From an uncultured delta proteobacterium (GTDB taxonomy: Bacteria; Desulfobacterota; BSN033; UBA1163), in contig CAVPSJ010000006.1 in the NCBI GenBank assembly GCA_963708295.1, positions 1-64,000 of the forward strand: DNA of 64,000 nt. Reading direction: 5' to 3'. Both the position numbers and the translations under genes were made by a program. Shown here piece by piece: positions 11,011 through 22,049 of this stretch. The notes beneath the pieces were generated by a model that worked only from the letters and a program-made list of their open reading frames with translations, was not told the origin of the DNA and did not search any database. Within the stretch, counting starts at the first letter, position 1. Each line of letters begins with the position of its first letter.

Positions 11011-11302
11011 GCTCCGATAGTCCTTTCTGCGAACCCAATGGTTTGGATGCCATCTGAGCGACTTCCTATTATTACGTAACCTCAAATCCTCTTAAGATCA
11101 ACAGTGAGTTGGGTCCTTCGCTTCCTGACGGGTTGAACCTGAGAGACGCGGGAAGGCGTGATGGATTGAGTTTAATCCAAAACAACCGTTCGGGAGGCTT
11201 AGAGATCTCACGGGCGCCTCTTTGGGTACAGGCATGAGAGGAAACTCCTTCGATGGAAGATCAGATGGTCGTAGGTGAAAGGAAAAAGCCGGAAACTGTC
11301 GT

Positions 11303-11566
11303 TTATGAGGAAGCCATTTGTCTTGGATACAGACGCAGATACATCCCGAACATGTCATCGGCCATTTTTTCGGTTGTCTCTTTAATTTCGTTTAAACCGG
11401 ATACGAAGGAATGCAGTGATTCGTCAAGCTTCGTCAGATTCTCAGCATTGCTTTTGGCATTCTCCAGCAGTTTTCTCTCCCGCTCACGAGATTCTTCGAT
11501 AAGATCTCTGAACTTTTCCCTCTCTTCTTCAGTCCATTCCGACACAAGCTCATCGACAGTCTTCAT
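11303..11566 (-). CDS. hypothetical helical protein (87 aa)
   Basis: GAGGGG RBS; protein-like composition. Confidence 0.75.
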   Translation of the reverse strand: MKTVDELVSEWTEEEREKFRDLIEESRERERKLLENAKSNAENLTKLDESLHSFVSGLNEIKETTEKMADDMFGMYLRLYPRQMASS

Positions 11567-11819
11567 GATCTATCCCCTCTAGGCAATGATAAGAGGGTAG
11601 GTAGCAAGATATATACCGGGTTCATTCATCGCCGAAGCAATCATAAAATGGCCCATCGCTTCGAAGACTTATGCCACCGCAATAAAACTCGGCCCCAAGA
11701 GGCCCTATAAAACAGGAGAATCGCTTTACTCTTTTTAGAAAATTCTTTTCCCTTTTTGGGCCTCACCCTTCCCTCTCCCCGGGAAGACGGTGTTGTAACA
11801 AAAAAAGCGCGTAGAAAAC

Positions 11820-11981
11820 GGGACAGACAGACGGGTGAGAAAGCTTTAGAGCGCAACCTCTAAACCATGAGACTCAGGGACTTCAAGTCAATGAAAAGAG
11901 TATCTTTCCTGTGGCAACAAGAGTGACCTCTAACCTTAAACGTGCGCATTCTAGAGCTTTGGAGTTCCCGCTGTTTGTCCC
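11820..11981. ncRNA. putative structured ncRNA/rod-like element, copy 1 (family unassigned)
   Basis: ends pair (GGGACAGACAG/CTGTTTGTCCC; AAAGCTTTAGA..GCGCA/TGCGC..TCTAGAGCTTT); homologous to 21554-21718. Confidence 0.6.
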
Positions 11982-12049
11982 TTCCTTCCCTCCCTTCGTT
12001 CGATGACAACACACTCTCAAAAGGGAGAGAGTGGAGGTGAGAGGGGCAC

Positions 12050-13450
12050 CTAAAGTTGCCGCATGAATGCCACAAGATCCTTCTTCTCCTGCTCGCTGAG
12101 CCCGAGCTCGAGAATCAAATTAAAAAACTCTACCGTATCTTCCAAAGTAAGAAGTCTCCCATCGTGCAAATAAGGCGGGGAATCTTTGATGCCTCGTAAA
12201 GGAAAGGTCTTGATTGGACCATCTGCAGACGCATATCTTCCGTTGATCATCCGCGGTTTATAGAACCGCTCTACTTTCAAGTTGTGCATCAGATTATCGG
12301 TATAATAGGGGCCGGGGTGACAGCTACCGCAGGCAGCTTTGCCAAAAAAGAGAATCTGCCCCCGCATCTCCGGCTGGCTTGCCTTTCTCGGATCAAGCTT
12401 TCCGTCGATCCTGAGTTTAGGAGCCGGCGGGAAGTCCAGCAATGCCTGAAACTCCGCCATGAAATGGACCTGGCTCCCCCGCTCCAGAATATTGACCCCT
12501 TTCTTCGTGGCAATCACCGGATCGCCGTCAAAATAAGCAGCCCTTTGTTCAAATTCGGTGAAATCTTCGATCGACCGTAGGGCCCGCTGGGAGCCAAACA
12601 GCCGTTGGATGTGCACACCCCGAAGGCTTGGGGTATCAAGCCGATGCCGGAACTCCTGGGGCCGGATATCCCCGACAAGGTGCGTCGAGGCATTCGTGTG
12701 GCCGTTGGCGTGACAGTCAAAACAGACGACGCCTCGGCTTGGACGCTCGGACCGGCGGTCCTCGGTCTGGTTGAACTGCTGTTGGGGGAACGGTGTGAGC
12801 AATAGCCTCAAGCCTTCAATCTGCTTGGGATTAAGAATTCCATTGAAGAGCGCATAGTAATTATCCATTGTAACCAATTTCCCCTGGGAGACATCTCCAA
12901 GATCCGGACGCGTCGTCAGATAAATAGGCGCTGGAAACTCAGGAAGAAAATGATCCGGTAAGTCATAATCCAGGTCGAAGCGGGTAAGGTCCCGGCTTTC
13001 TTGTTTCTTGATCTCGTCAATATGGAACTTGGGGAAGAGCATGCCACCCTCAGGATGATTCGGGTGCGGCAGAGGAAATAGACCCGCTGGGAATACGCCC
13101 TTCTCACGAATCTCCTCCGGGCTCATCCCACCCAAATTCTCCCAGCTCATCCCCGCTGGAAGTTTGATCCGGACCCCTTCCTGAACGGCTTTGCCGCGGG
13201 ACATCGTCACCCCCGTGGCCGCGCGATTGCTCAAATCATAACGCTCATTGAGCAAATCCATCTGACGCTTCATCACCCCCGGCGTTGCAGCTTTCATCCG
13301 GGACAGGATCGTCTCAAAACTCTCTTTGATCACCACGGGAGAGTAACTCGATTCTCCTCTTGAGGGGGACTGGGCAAAAGTGGAAATCGCCACAACCATC
13401 AGAGCGAGAGTTCCCGCTGCCCACCCCATGTATTTTATCGTCTTTGGCAT
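12050..13450 (-). CDS. exported diheme cytochrome c, cytochrome c peroxidase-like
   Basis: signal peptide; CFDCH and CGSCH; TPSLRG; PPYLHDGRLLTLED. Confidence 0.85.
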   Translation of the reverse strand: MPKTIKYMGWAAGTLALMVVAISTFAQSPSRGESSYSPVVIKESFETILSRMKAATPGVMKRQMDLLNERYDLSNRAATGVTMSRGKAVQEGVRIKLPAGMSWENLGGMSPEEIREKGVFPAGLFPLPHPNHPEGGMLFPKFHIDEIKKQESRDLTRFDLDYDLPDHFLPEFPAPIYLTTRPDLGDVSQGKLVTMDNYYALFNGILNPKQIEGLRLLLTPFPQQQFNQTEDRRSERPSRGVVCFDCHANGHTNASTHLVGDIRPQEFRHRLDTPSLRGVHIQRLFGSQRALRSIEDFTEFEQRAAYFDGDPVIATKKGVNILERGSQVHFMAEFQALLDFPPAPKLRIDGKLDPRKASQPEMRGQILFFGKAACGSCHPGPYYTDNLMHNLKVERFYKPRMINGRYASADGPIKTFPLRGIKDSPPYLHDGRLLTLEDTVEFFNLILELGLSEQEKKDLVAFMRQL

Positions 13451-13725
13451 TTTTCCTTCCCTCCTTCTTATGGAATTTTATCGGTTCCGAGGTTCATCAT
13501 CGTCTCATGACCCCTCTGCCTGCCTTTGGTCCTATCAATATACACGCAGGCAACAGATACAATAATATTTTCGGCGATTCTGAATAAATGGGGTGAACAC
13601 TGTATTTCTCTTGGAGGGAAACAGTATTTTGAAACTTTTCCCCTCGCCCTTTCCCTCTCCCCAACAGGAGAGGGAAAGGGCGAGGGGAAAAACAGGGGCG
13701 ATAGGGGATTCCGTCGGGAGATTTT

Positions 13726-13938
13726 TTATCTTGAGGATTTTCGAGGTTTCATCCTGGAAACTACTCCGTAAGTGCTTTTATATATCTCTATCCATTGATC
13801 CCTGAATTTTTCATAATTCAGCGTCTCGTTTCTTTCTGACTTGAGCAGTTCAAGGACTAAGTAACAGGAAGCAAGATTTGAGGAAATAATAATATTTCTC
13901 AGCTCATTGAATTCCGGTGGCAAGGGTTTTAGCTCCAT
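13726..13938 (-). CDS. hypothetical protein (70 aa)
   Basis: GGAGG RBS before ATG; AT-rich. Confidence 0.65.
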   Translation of the reverse strand: MELKPLPPEFNELRNIIISSNLASCYLVLELLKSERNETLNYEKFRDQWIEIYKSTYGVVSRMKPRKSSR

Positions 13939-14070
13939 GGTTGACCTCCTCTGATGATGGGATGATTTTTCTTCCCTTCGGTTCCTGATCCTCCCTTTGC
14001 CGTCAGGGCTTCCTGTCGGACGGCCTGGACATGGGAAGATCTCAAAAGAAAACGCTCGGGGGAGTGGAAG

Positions 14071-14400
14071 TTATCCTTTATCGCAGCCAAGATATTTGAA
14101 CAGGCCGCTGATATAGTTTCCCCAGGTTGGAATCAATCTATCAATTTCATACGACAGCAGAGTTAATTTCCCATTATGGACCTTCGTATGGACCTCTTCC
14201 AGCTTTTCATATCTCAAAGGCCATGTCATCTTCCCTGATTGATTCATCATGTAGAAAGTTTTCTGTTTTTCGTCCAATCCGAGGACTCGCAATTGGTTAA
14301 GGCCATCCGCAGCCCAGAATTTTACACCCTGATCCTTCATCTCCTTCAATTTTTCCCAACTAAAGGGGCACTTCGGAACAATCTCCAGGATTTCAATCAT
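14071..14400 (-). CDS. hypothetical protein (109 aa)
   Basis: GAGG RBS; globular protein-like composition. Confidence 0.7.
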   Translation of the reverse strand: MIEILEIVPKCPFSWEKLKEMKDQGVKFWAADGLNQLRVLGLDEKQKTFYMMNQSGKMTWPLRYEKLEEVHTKVHNGKLTLLSYEIDRLIPTWGNYISGLFKYLGCDKG

Positions 14401-14710
14401 GATTTCCTCTTATTCTCTACGCCTTCCTGTTCGTCTTCTACATCAAAAGTGTATTCGACCAGAACCATGGGCCAACGAAAACTCCGTCCGGCTCTCCCTT
14501 CTTGACATTGACTATCTGCGCGGTGGGGAAAAGGAAAAGTTTTCGGATTCCCCCCGCCGAAATCAATCCCAAAAAACGATTGAAGTTCTTGATGGGACCT
14601 CGGAACTCTGAAGGAACAATCGGTAATTTCTCGTGCCGCGGAGTGATCTCTACAAGATATAAGAAAACGGTTACACGCCGCTGATCGAACTTGTAACCCG
14701 TTATTTCTTC

Positions 14711-14785
14711 TGGAGGCGGCAACCGGATTTGAACCGGTGAATAACGGTTTTGCAGACCGTCGCCTTACCACTTGGCTATGCCGCC
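14711..14785 (-). tRNA. tRNA-Cys (GCA)
   Basis: GGCGGCATAGCCAAGTGGTAAGGC...CTGCAAA...GGTTCAAATCC...CCA. Confidence 0.97.
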
Positions 14786-14787
14786 AT

Positions 14788-14862
<75 letters not shown>

Positions 14863-14885
14863 GTCTTCTTTTCTTTCAACGTTAA

Positions 14886-14914
14886 AAATTACAAGATTTG
14901 CCCTTCGATGTCAA
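14886..14914 (-). promoter_or_regulatory. sigma70 promoter of tRNA-Gly/Cys
   Basis: TTGACA-17 nt-TAATTT, about 24 nt upstream of tRNA-Gly. Confidence 0.7.
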
Positions 14915-15049
14915 TAGGAAAAGGAACAAAAGATGGGGGGGGTTGAAAACACTGGGCCGGGCTGATCAGGAGAGAGAGAGACCTGAAGACGAGGGGATGA
15001 GGAAGATAAGGGGATAGGGGGATAGGGAGAAAAAAGACAATACAAAAGT

Positions 15050-15613
15050 TCAGGCAATGATGGACTTCAGATATTTCCGAAGATAGTCAACTCCGGAGAC
15101 AACGGCTACGATCAGCGCAACCCACAGAAAAACGATCCCGACCGGATAGAAACTGACGGAAAAATACTTCCCATTGAGGATGAGAAAGAAGATGGAGGTC
15201 ACTTCGAAAACCGTTTTATATTTTCCCAGTTGACTCGCCGCAATGACAATACCTTGAGTGACCGCAATTCCTCTTAAGCCGGTGATGGCAATCTCTCTTC
15301 CGACAATGACAATGACCATCCAGGCTGGAATCTCTCTCGCCGGAATGAGCGCGATCAATGCCGTCACGATCAAGAGCTTGTCCGCAAGGGGATCAAGAAA
15401 TTTCCCCAAGGTCGTCTCCATGCCGCGCCGTCGCGCGAGATATCCATCGAATGTATCCGTCACAGCGGCTCCGAGAAACAGGAGCGCCGTAAAGAGCTGG
15501 TATCCCTTCCACGCGTCAGAAAGGAGGGCAAGGATGAGGGGAATAGCCAAAATCCTGAGGATGGTTACCCCGTTCGGCAGACTCATGATCTGCTCGTGAT
15601 TCAGTTTTTCCAC
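15050..15613 (-). CDS. pgsA: CDP-diacylglycerol--glycerol-3-phosphate 3-phosphatidyltransferase
   Basis: LPN.VTILR, TDTFDGYLARR, GKFLDPLADKLL; start GTG 15613 (leaderless) or ATG 15586. Confidence 0.93.
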   Translation of the reverse strand: MEKLNHEQIMSLPNGVTILRILAIPLILALLSDAWKGYQLFTALLFLGAAVTDTFDGYLARRRGMETTLGKFLDPLADKLLIVTALIALIPAREIPAWMVIVIVGREIAITGLRGIAVTQGIVIAASQLGKYKTVFEVTSIFFLILNGKYFSVSFYPVGIVFLWVALIVAVVSGVDYLRKYLKSIIA

Positions 15614-15620
15614 AGAAGGG

Positions 15621-15649
15621 ATTATACTACCGGATTGATTTCTCGGCAA
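15621..15649 (-). promoter_or_regulatory. sigma70 promoter of pgsA, leaderless geometry
   Basis: TTGCCG-17-TATAAT-7 nt-GTG. Confidence 0.65.
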
Positions 15650-15659
15650 GCTTTAATAA

Positions 15660-16280
15660 TCAAGGCAGGTAGGATTGATAATAGGCTAACACTTTCTTGA
15701 CGTAATCCACGGTTTCTCGATACGGCGGGATCGAACGCACCTCGGCAACGACATTCTCTCCGGCATTATAAGCGGCCAGCGAGAGCCGGAGGTCATCGTT
15801 GAAAAGGGAAAGGAGATACTTAAAATATCTTACTCCCCCCTCAATGTTCTCTCTCGGATTAAAGCTGTTCGAAACGTTCAGCCGGGAGGCGGTCTCCGGC
15901 ATCAATTGCATCAAACCCCTCGCTCCTTTTCTTGAAACGGCCGCGGAGTTGAATCCTGACTCTGCCCGGATGATTGCCTTGATTAAGGCAAAATCCACCT
16001 GGTACTTCTTGGAGAATTCAGCGATCAGTGAGTCATATTGATTCGAATCTTTCGAAGAGAAAAATCGGCTCTTATTCTCAACGTCATCTTTGCTCTCCCG
16101 GATGTAGAGCTTAAATTTAGGGTCTCTAGGACAGTTGGTAAAATGAATGACCCCATTTTCATCTTCGTAACGATAAATACCCGCTGTGGAAGCCAAAGGC
16201 ATGAAAAAAATACTAAATAAAATCAACAAGGTGGCAATGCAATACATTAAATTCCGGTCCTCGATGTCAATATTGGCCAA
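15660..16280 (-). CDS. lytic transglycosylase (SLT) with N-terminal DUF4124-like domain
   Basis: IYRYEDENGVIHFTN; AESGFN, GLMQLMP, AAYNAG, ETVDYV; start uncertain. Confidence 0.9.
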   Translation of the reverse strand: MANIDIEDRNLMYCIATLLILFSIFFMPLASTAGIYRYEDENGVIHFTNCPRDPKFKLYIRESKDDVENKSRFFSSKDSNQYDSLIAEFSKKYQVDFALIKAIIRAESGFNSAAVSRKGARGLMQLMPETASRLNVSNSFNPRENIEGGVRYFKYLLSLFNDDLRLSLAAYNAGENVVAEVRSIPPYRETVDYVKKVLAYYQSYLP

Positions 16281-16404
16281 AAACTACCATAACTTGTCAC
16301 TTTCGTCAACAAAACTTCAGTCTCAAGTAATTTCAAAATTCTCTCAACTGGATGAAATCAAAGGATATTTCTTGAACTATATGAAATATCGCTGAATGGA
16401 ATAT

Positions 16405-16420
16405 TGCAATCTCTGTGCCT
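16405..16420 (-). promoter_or_regulatory. sigma54-type promoter upstream of the SLT gene
   Basis: AGGCACAGAGATTGCA fits GG-N10-GC. Confidence 0.55.
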
Positions 16421-16629
16421 ATTGATCGTTAAAGATCTCTCTGCCAAATGGATAGGAAAGGTCTCTTCCCCCGGTCCCGGATTCAATCGCAGAAATCCGT
16501 CAGATCCAGGGCGCAGGTCTCGATGAATTCAAACATGATCTTATGCGAACCTGCCTCTCCGGCAAGATCTCCGATATTGACATCTTTGCAGTCGTCCAAA
16601 TCGACGCCTTTCCGGGATACGAACTGGCT

Positions 16630-17952
16630 TTACGGGTACATCTTACCCATGCCTCGTTCCAATTGTGCCTTAGCGATGTTGAAATCACTCAACGCGCCAT
16701 AGTAATTGACTCTCGCCTGGGCGAGCAATGTGACCGCAATTAACACATCGGTTTGCGTCGCCACCTGATACCGATACCTTTCTTCAAACATCCTCAGGTT
16801 CTCTTCTGCCTGCTCGATGGCCTTCTCCGCGGTGCCGATGTTCTTTTCCGCCACCAGCATGTTGAGATAATCATTCTTTACTTCTAATGTGACCGAGTCG
16901 ATGAGTTGATTTTTTGAATCTTCAGCCTGGGTGACTTTGACCTTGTTCTCTCCAACCTTGAACGCTGTATTCCCCCAGTCCCAAAGAGTAAAGGTGGCTA
17001 AGGCCTGGATCGTCCACCTGTCGCTAAAACCAACCCCCCCGCTCAGGTCCGCGTTGTCGGAGAATCGACTATAGTTGCCCGAAAGGCTGACCGTTGGGAA
17101 GAATCCACTCCTGGCAATCTTCACACTCTCTTTTGCCTGGTCGATGGTTAATTGAGCGGCCTTGATCTCTGGCCTTAGTCGGAAGGCTTCTTCAAGAGAC
17201 TGCTCGAACGACAATGGGAAGGCTTTGTGTGCAAGGATGTCGACCACCTCGAAGGGCATGTTGACGTCTCTCCTGAGCAGGATATTGAACGAAGCCTTGG
17301 CCGCAGTCACGTCATTCGCTGCCTTGACCAGGCTTTGCTTCGCATTGGCAAGTTGCACCTCCCCTTGAAGCACATCATTCTTGGGAACAATTCCAACGTC
17401 GAAAAAGGCTTTGGTCACTTCCAATTGAGCCTCAAAATTTTTCACTTGCTGCTCAGCTACTGCTAAGAATTTCTCCGCCCTTAAGATTATGAAGTACCCC
17501 ACCCTCACCTGAAGGACCAAATCCACTTTTGCCGTCTCCAAACTCTCTTTTGAAAGATCCACACCTAACTTCGATGAACGATAATTCGCTAGGTTCTGCC
17601 CCCCGGTAAAAAGAGGTTGATAAAGGGTCGTATTGAAATTGTAAATGTCTCTACTCGTGGGGGTGATAAGACCAGGAACAGCGGCCTGCGTCACTCCTAT
17701 CGAAATGGGTGCGTTATATCGGTTCCAATAATATTGCCCCGTCCATTGAGGGAGGAAATTTGTGATTGCCTCCTTGCGCCTAAATTCAGAGCCTATAATT
17801 CCCATCGAAGCAGAATGAAGTGTCCAACTTCTCTCCATGGCGATCTTGATGCTCTCCTCCAGGGTGAGAGGTGCCTGAGATTCTTGTGCCTGGGCGGCAC
17901 CTGCGAAAACCATTGCCCCTAGAATGAATCCTACGAACCATCTCATTTTCAT
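16630..17952 (-). CDS. TolC-family outer membrane efflux protein
   Basis: signal peptide; LTLEESI..A, QPLFTGG, RPEI, duplicated OEP repeat. Confidence 0.9.
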   Translation of the reverse strand: MKMRWFVGFILGAMVFAGAAQAQESQAPLTLEESIKIAMERSWTLHSASMGIIGSEFRRKEAITNFLPQWTGQYYWNRYNAPISIGVTQAAVPGLITPTSRDIYNFNTTLYQPLFTGGQNLANYRSSKLGVDLSKESLETAKVDLVLQVRVGYFIILRAEKFLAVAEQQVKNFEAQLEVTKAFFDVGIVPKNDVLQGEVQLANAKQSLVKAANDVTAAKASFNILLRRDVNMPFEVVDILAHKAFPLSFEQSLEEAFRLRPEIKAAQLTIDQAKESVKIARSGFFPTVSLSGNYSRFSDNADLSGGVGFSDRWTIQALATFTLWDWGNTAFKVGENKVKVTQAEDSKNQLIDSVTLEVKNDYLNMLVAEKNIGTAEKAIEQAEENLRMFEERYRYQVATQTDVLIAVTLLAQARVNYYGALSDFNIAKAQLERGMGKMYP

Positions 17953-18026
17953 CGACCTGTCTCCTCCATCGCTTATATCCTTAGACGGGGACTAAGAACA
18001 TTTATTCACTTTTTGAATGGTTATTT

Positions 18027-18055
18027 ATCGTATTGCAAAAAAAGAGTGCTGTCAA
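18027..18055 (-). promoter_or_regulatory. sigma70 promoter of the tolC-like gene
   Basis: TTGACA-17-TACGAT. Confidence 0.6.
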
Positions 18056-18217
18056 ATGGAATTCGAGAGGCATTTCGAGTGATCTGGCCGTAGCTTGAAA
18101 CACTCCTCCGTCTCCGCCATTCCTTTCACCCGAAGTTGATTTAAGCGGTCTCACGAGGCCCGGGGCATCGCCTTCCCTCTCTACGACGTCTGCGGGGATC
18201 GCCTGAAATCCCGTACG

Positions 18218-18832
18218 TCAGGTCTTGGACGAAAGCGAAACGATCTTTCCGCCCACCGCCAGGGTCTGGACGATGACCCCTTTCAGGGATTCGATGATGC
18301 CTAGATACAGGGGTGAATGCTTTGGCACACAAATCCCATTAATCAATCTTTCCTCATGGACTTCGGAATAACCGTCCGCGATCTTGAACATCGACCTTCC
18401 CTGCTCGCCGACTTGTTGGGCGAGGGATTTACTCCCGGTGGCGAACAGGTTCGGCAGATTTTTCAGAAGTTCCGTCGTTTCTTGAAAGAGATCGTTCACC
18501 TCTTTATCAGCCTGATCACTGAAGACGATATGGTTTTCAAATTTCCCCCTCACCCGATCCAAAGTACTCTGAATATTGTAAGTCAAGAGACCCAGGCTGG
18601 AGGCGATGGAAAGATAAGGCTTGATCTGTTCCTTCTCCTTTTCAGCCGGCGGGGTCTTCGAAATAATGAACCCGGTTAATTCTGAAGAGGTTTCGTAGAT
18701 CTTATCTTCGAACACTTCCACTTCTCTGAACGACGCCTCTGTGGGCCTCTGAAACCCCTCAAAGGCCAATTCCAGCATCCTCATTAAGTTCTGACAAACC
18801 AGGATCATCTTTCCCTTTATTTCCTTATCCAT
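18218..18832 (-). CDS. PhoU-like helical bundle protein
   Basis: FSDQA..E, HEERL..G.C.PK.SP.YL motif as in the PhoU-like domains of Na/Pi cotransporters. Confidence 0.75.
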   Translation of the reverse strand: MDKEIKGKMILVCQNLMRMLELAFEGFQRPTEASFREVEVFEDKIYETSSELTGFIISKTPPAEKEKEQIKPYLSIASSLGLLTYNIQSTLDRVRGKFENHIVFSDQADKEVNDLFQETTELLKNLPNLFATGSKSLAQQVGEQGRSMFKIADGYSEVHEERLINGICVPKHSPLYLGIIESLKGVIVQTLAVGGKIVSLSSKT

Positions 18833-18945
18833 CTTCCCTCTCTCCAATGAATTTAAGGATCTTTCCGCCCAAAGATGACCGGCCTTCCGCTTCACCTGTC
18901 TTTCCAAAGACTAAGACCTGCTCTATGAGAATTCTAAACCTTAAC

Positions 18946-20200
18946 CTAAAACAAGTTCAGTTGCTCTTTGACTTCCGCTTCTCCTCTTCTCTCGGGAAAG
19001 AGATTGATTTTGCCGTAGACGCCATCATGGCCCGGAACGATTGAAACCTTTCCCTGCCTCATCCGGACAATCCCATCCAGGATCGGGGGGGGGAGCAAAG
19101 GAAGCCAGTTCATCCGGAGTGGCGTCGAGAAGAATTCTAAATTCCGATCCCCCCCTCTCGATCAGCCTTTCATACTCAGCTTCGACTGCCTTCGTCCCAA
19201 CTCCAACGGCCAGAGCTTCCGCGACGATCTCCTCCAGAGGAATAAGGTGGATGGAGGGAATGGCGTTCTTCGGAATAAAGCCCTCCGGTCGGTCGGCGAG
19301 TTCCTCCACGCGGTGCATCACCCCGATCGTCAACTTTTTGCGGCAACTGGGGCAAAGATACTGGTGTGCCTTGGTCTGAGACGGAGAGAAGCACACGCCG
19401 CATTCCCGATGACCGTCGTAATGATACTTCCCCTCCTCCGGAAAAAATTCGATGGTGAAGAGAAGTCTCCTCCGGTCCTTCTTTCGAATCGTTTCGGCGA
19501 TCTCCCTGTAATCCAGCGGGCAATCGAAGACGTTCGCTTCCCGTCCCAGCCGGTTCGGGGAGTGGGCGTCGGAATTGGACAAGAGGGTCAGGGAATCGAG
19601 AGCGGACAACCTCCAGTTCATTTCAGGATCCGATGAGAGGCCTGTTTCAACGGCATGAATATGCGAAGACAGTTCCTCGAAACATTCCTGAATGGAGTCG
19701 AACCCCGAGTTCGCTCCAAAAATCGAAAACCAGGGTGTCCAGATATGAGCGGGGATGATCAGGCAATCCGGGGAGATATCCAGGACCATCTTCGCCAATT
19801 CCTTTGCTGTAAAACCAAAAATAGGTCTCCCATCCGATGAGAGTTTCCCGAGGTTTCCCAGCCTGGAACGGATGGCCTCGACCACTTCAAAGCCGGGGGC
19901 AAAAATGAGAGTGTGGATCCGTCCTGCCCCTTTCCATTCTGAGTATAAATATTGCAGACCTCGGTCGTTAAAATGATACTGAACTCCCGTTTCTTCCTTC
20001 TTCAGCTTGAAGAGCCCATTCCCTGACGGCTCCAGCTTGGACCTCAGTTCCGCGAAATAAGTGGGATGGGTGAAGTCCCCCGTACCGAGGAGAGCAATCC
20101 CTTTTTTCTTTGCCCACCGCGCAAGGGTTTCTACCTCCATCTCCTTGCTGGTGGCCCGACTGTATTTGGAATGAATATGAAAATCCGCAATAAATCGCAT
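18946..20200 (-). CDS. PHP-domain endonuclease Q family protein (frameshifted in this assembly)
   Basis: ADFHIHSKYSRATS, GTGDFTHP, SNSDAHS, GKYHYDGHR.C, CPSC; C-terminus ...PGHDGVYGKI...QLNLF in another frame after a G8 run. Confidence 0.85.
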
Positions 20201-20213
20201 CGTCTAACCCTTG

Positions 20214-20345
20214 AAATCCGAAGCACGAAATCCGAAATACGAAACAATTTCAAAATTCTAAATCCGAATGTTCAAAACTTGTTTAGAATCTTCGTCATTC
20301 GGAATTCGAGTTTGTTTCGTGCTTCGATATTCGAATTTCGAATTT
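20214..20345. repeat. inverted heptamer-repeat element (AAATCCG/AAGCACG family)
   Basis: aaatccg aagcacg aaatccg aaatacg aaacaa ... ttgtttcgtgcttcgatattcgaatttcgaattt. Confidence 0.85.
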
Positions 20346-20358
20346 GAGAGAGCAAACA

Positions 20359-21444
20359 TTAGCATGCACTCTTGGAGAATGTTGCTAGACGTTTTATAGC
20401 GTCCATCTTTTCCCGGTCGCCCACCTTGGCTTTTTCAACCGCGGACTTCAATACCTCAATCGTCCGATCATAGACTTGTCGATCCACGGGATAGGGATGG
20501 CCATCTTTCCCTCCATGGGCAAAGCTGAATCGCGTCGGATCTCTGAAGCTGGGTGAGATTCCGTGAATCAGCTCCGAGATGAGAGCTCAAGGCCCGCAGG
20601 CTTTTCGGGCCCACTCCCCGGATTCCAAGAAGTTCCTCAAAATTCCGGGGCAATGCTCATAGATTTGAATAAACGTTTTCTCCAGCCTCTCCAGGCGAAT
20701 CTCTTCCATGGGAACGGGATGCTCTCTCGGAAGGAAAAGCTCATTTACCTTCTTCCCTTCGGCGATCAAAAACTCGGGTTTCTCGTGGGAAAGGTCGGCG
20801 ATGGATTGCCTGGTCCCCTTACTCTCAGCCGCGACGAGATTGAGACCTCTCCTTTTTCTGGTCGCAGCAGACTGCCCAGTGCGGTTCACAGACAAAATCT
20901 TTTACCCCCAGGCTCAACCAATGGTATCTCCGGGCATATCGGTGTCTCTTCATTCATGCCCTGCTGGACCACGGCCCATGGACCCTGGATGGGTGAAAAA
21001 GAACGTGTGATGATAGATCTGGTACCCATCCTGAACGGCGGCACTATCGACCTTTGCAGACATCCGGCTTGCATAGATCAAGGGGCCTCCGTCCACCGAC
21101 CCTCCGGTCGCAAATCTCCTCGATCTCAAGCGGGGTCTTTCGTGGAGGTCCTTCCTTTCCCGCCTGCGATGATAGAATCCCAGCTCCTCCTCCATCCCTT
21201 TGATCCCCTCTTTCAGGGCACCACAGACGGTCGTGGTCACGCCGCTCGAATGCCAATCAAACCCCAGCGCACAGCCGAAGGCCTGAAACCAGAAGGGATC
21301 GGAAAGCCGGGAAAGCATTTCTTCCGTCCCGAAAACGTCGATGATGAAAAGGGTGATCTCTTTCGCGAGGCTCTTCATCCTCTGAAAGAGCCATGAGGGC
21401 GCCTTCCCATAATGGAGCGGAAGATGAGCCACGCCTGTCTTCAT
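20359..21444 (-). CDS. DUF763 family protein (several frameshifts)
   Basis: LPLHYGKAP.WLF.RM, DWHSSGVTT, WAVVQQGM, GVGPKSLRAL, FAHGGKDGHPYPVD spread over several frames. Confidence 0.8.
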
Positions 21445-21553
21445 CTCTACCCTCTTCGCCTACGGGAATAAAATATCAGACCCTTCATTTCGTCTTACGA
21501 TCTTACTCGCTCCCCTCCCCCGTCAAGAGACGGTGTGGCTGAAATTCCAAAAA

Positions 21554-21718
21554 ACGGGACAGACAGACGGGTGAAAAAGCTTTAGCGCGCAACCTTTGCC
21601 CCTTAGGACTCAGGGGCTCTAAGTCCATTCAAAAATCGAATTTTTTGAGGCAACGACAGTTCCCCCTACCCTTAAACGTGCGCATTCTAAAACTTTGGAA
21701 TCCGGCTGTTTGTTACGT
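21554..21718. ncRNA. putative structured ncRNA/rod-like element, copy 2
   Basis: colinear homolog of 11820-11981 with the same terminal stems. Confidence 0.6.
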
Positions 21719-21768
21719 CTTTATCTTCCTTTGATATACGAATGCAATCTCTCAGTGATAGGTCGGGG

Positions 21769-22026
21769 TCACCCCGCGAGCTTATAAACGACGTCGTGTT
21801 CTCTCACCCGGTCTTTGATCTTAATCCCGATGTCCGCACCCGGCCCCGCCTCCTGGACACTCGCGTTTTCAATCTGCATGGAGTCGATTCCTTGAGTGAC
21901 ATCGGTCGTGTGGCCTACGATGTGGATGGTCTCCCCCACCTTCAACGACCCCTCGGATAGCCGTATCGCGGCAACGCCGATTTTTCCAAAATATTTGATC
22001 ACCTCGCCTATTTTCTTCTCCTCCAT
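21769..22026 (-). CDS. translation elongation factor domain II-like beta-barrel protein
   Basis: IG.V..YFGKIGVAAI.L...LKVGETIHI.G...Q.IDSMQIE...VR..D.VYK. Confidence 0.85.
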   Translation of the reverse strand: MEEKKIGEVIKYFGKIGVAAIRLSEGSLKVGETIHIVGHTTDVTQGIDSMQIENASVQEAGPGADIGIKIKDRVREHDVVYKLAG

Positions 22027-22049
22027 CTTCCCCCTCCTTTCTTAGAACT

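Noticed and set aside
11098-11235. 45-aa ORF with AAGGAG RBS or an RNA element upstream of larA
   Set aside because: No motif or convincing structure; unsupported
11820-11981. Integron attC site
   Set aside because: No RYYYAAC/GTTRRRY ends, no cassette array, no integrase
1030-12052. Genome-wide TAG recoding
   Set aside because: TAG ends the LVIVD, LivG, LivF, larA and cytochrome genes at expected positions
20214-20345. CRISPR array
   Set aside because: Period-7 repeats without unique spacers; no cas genes
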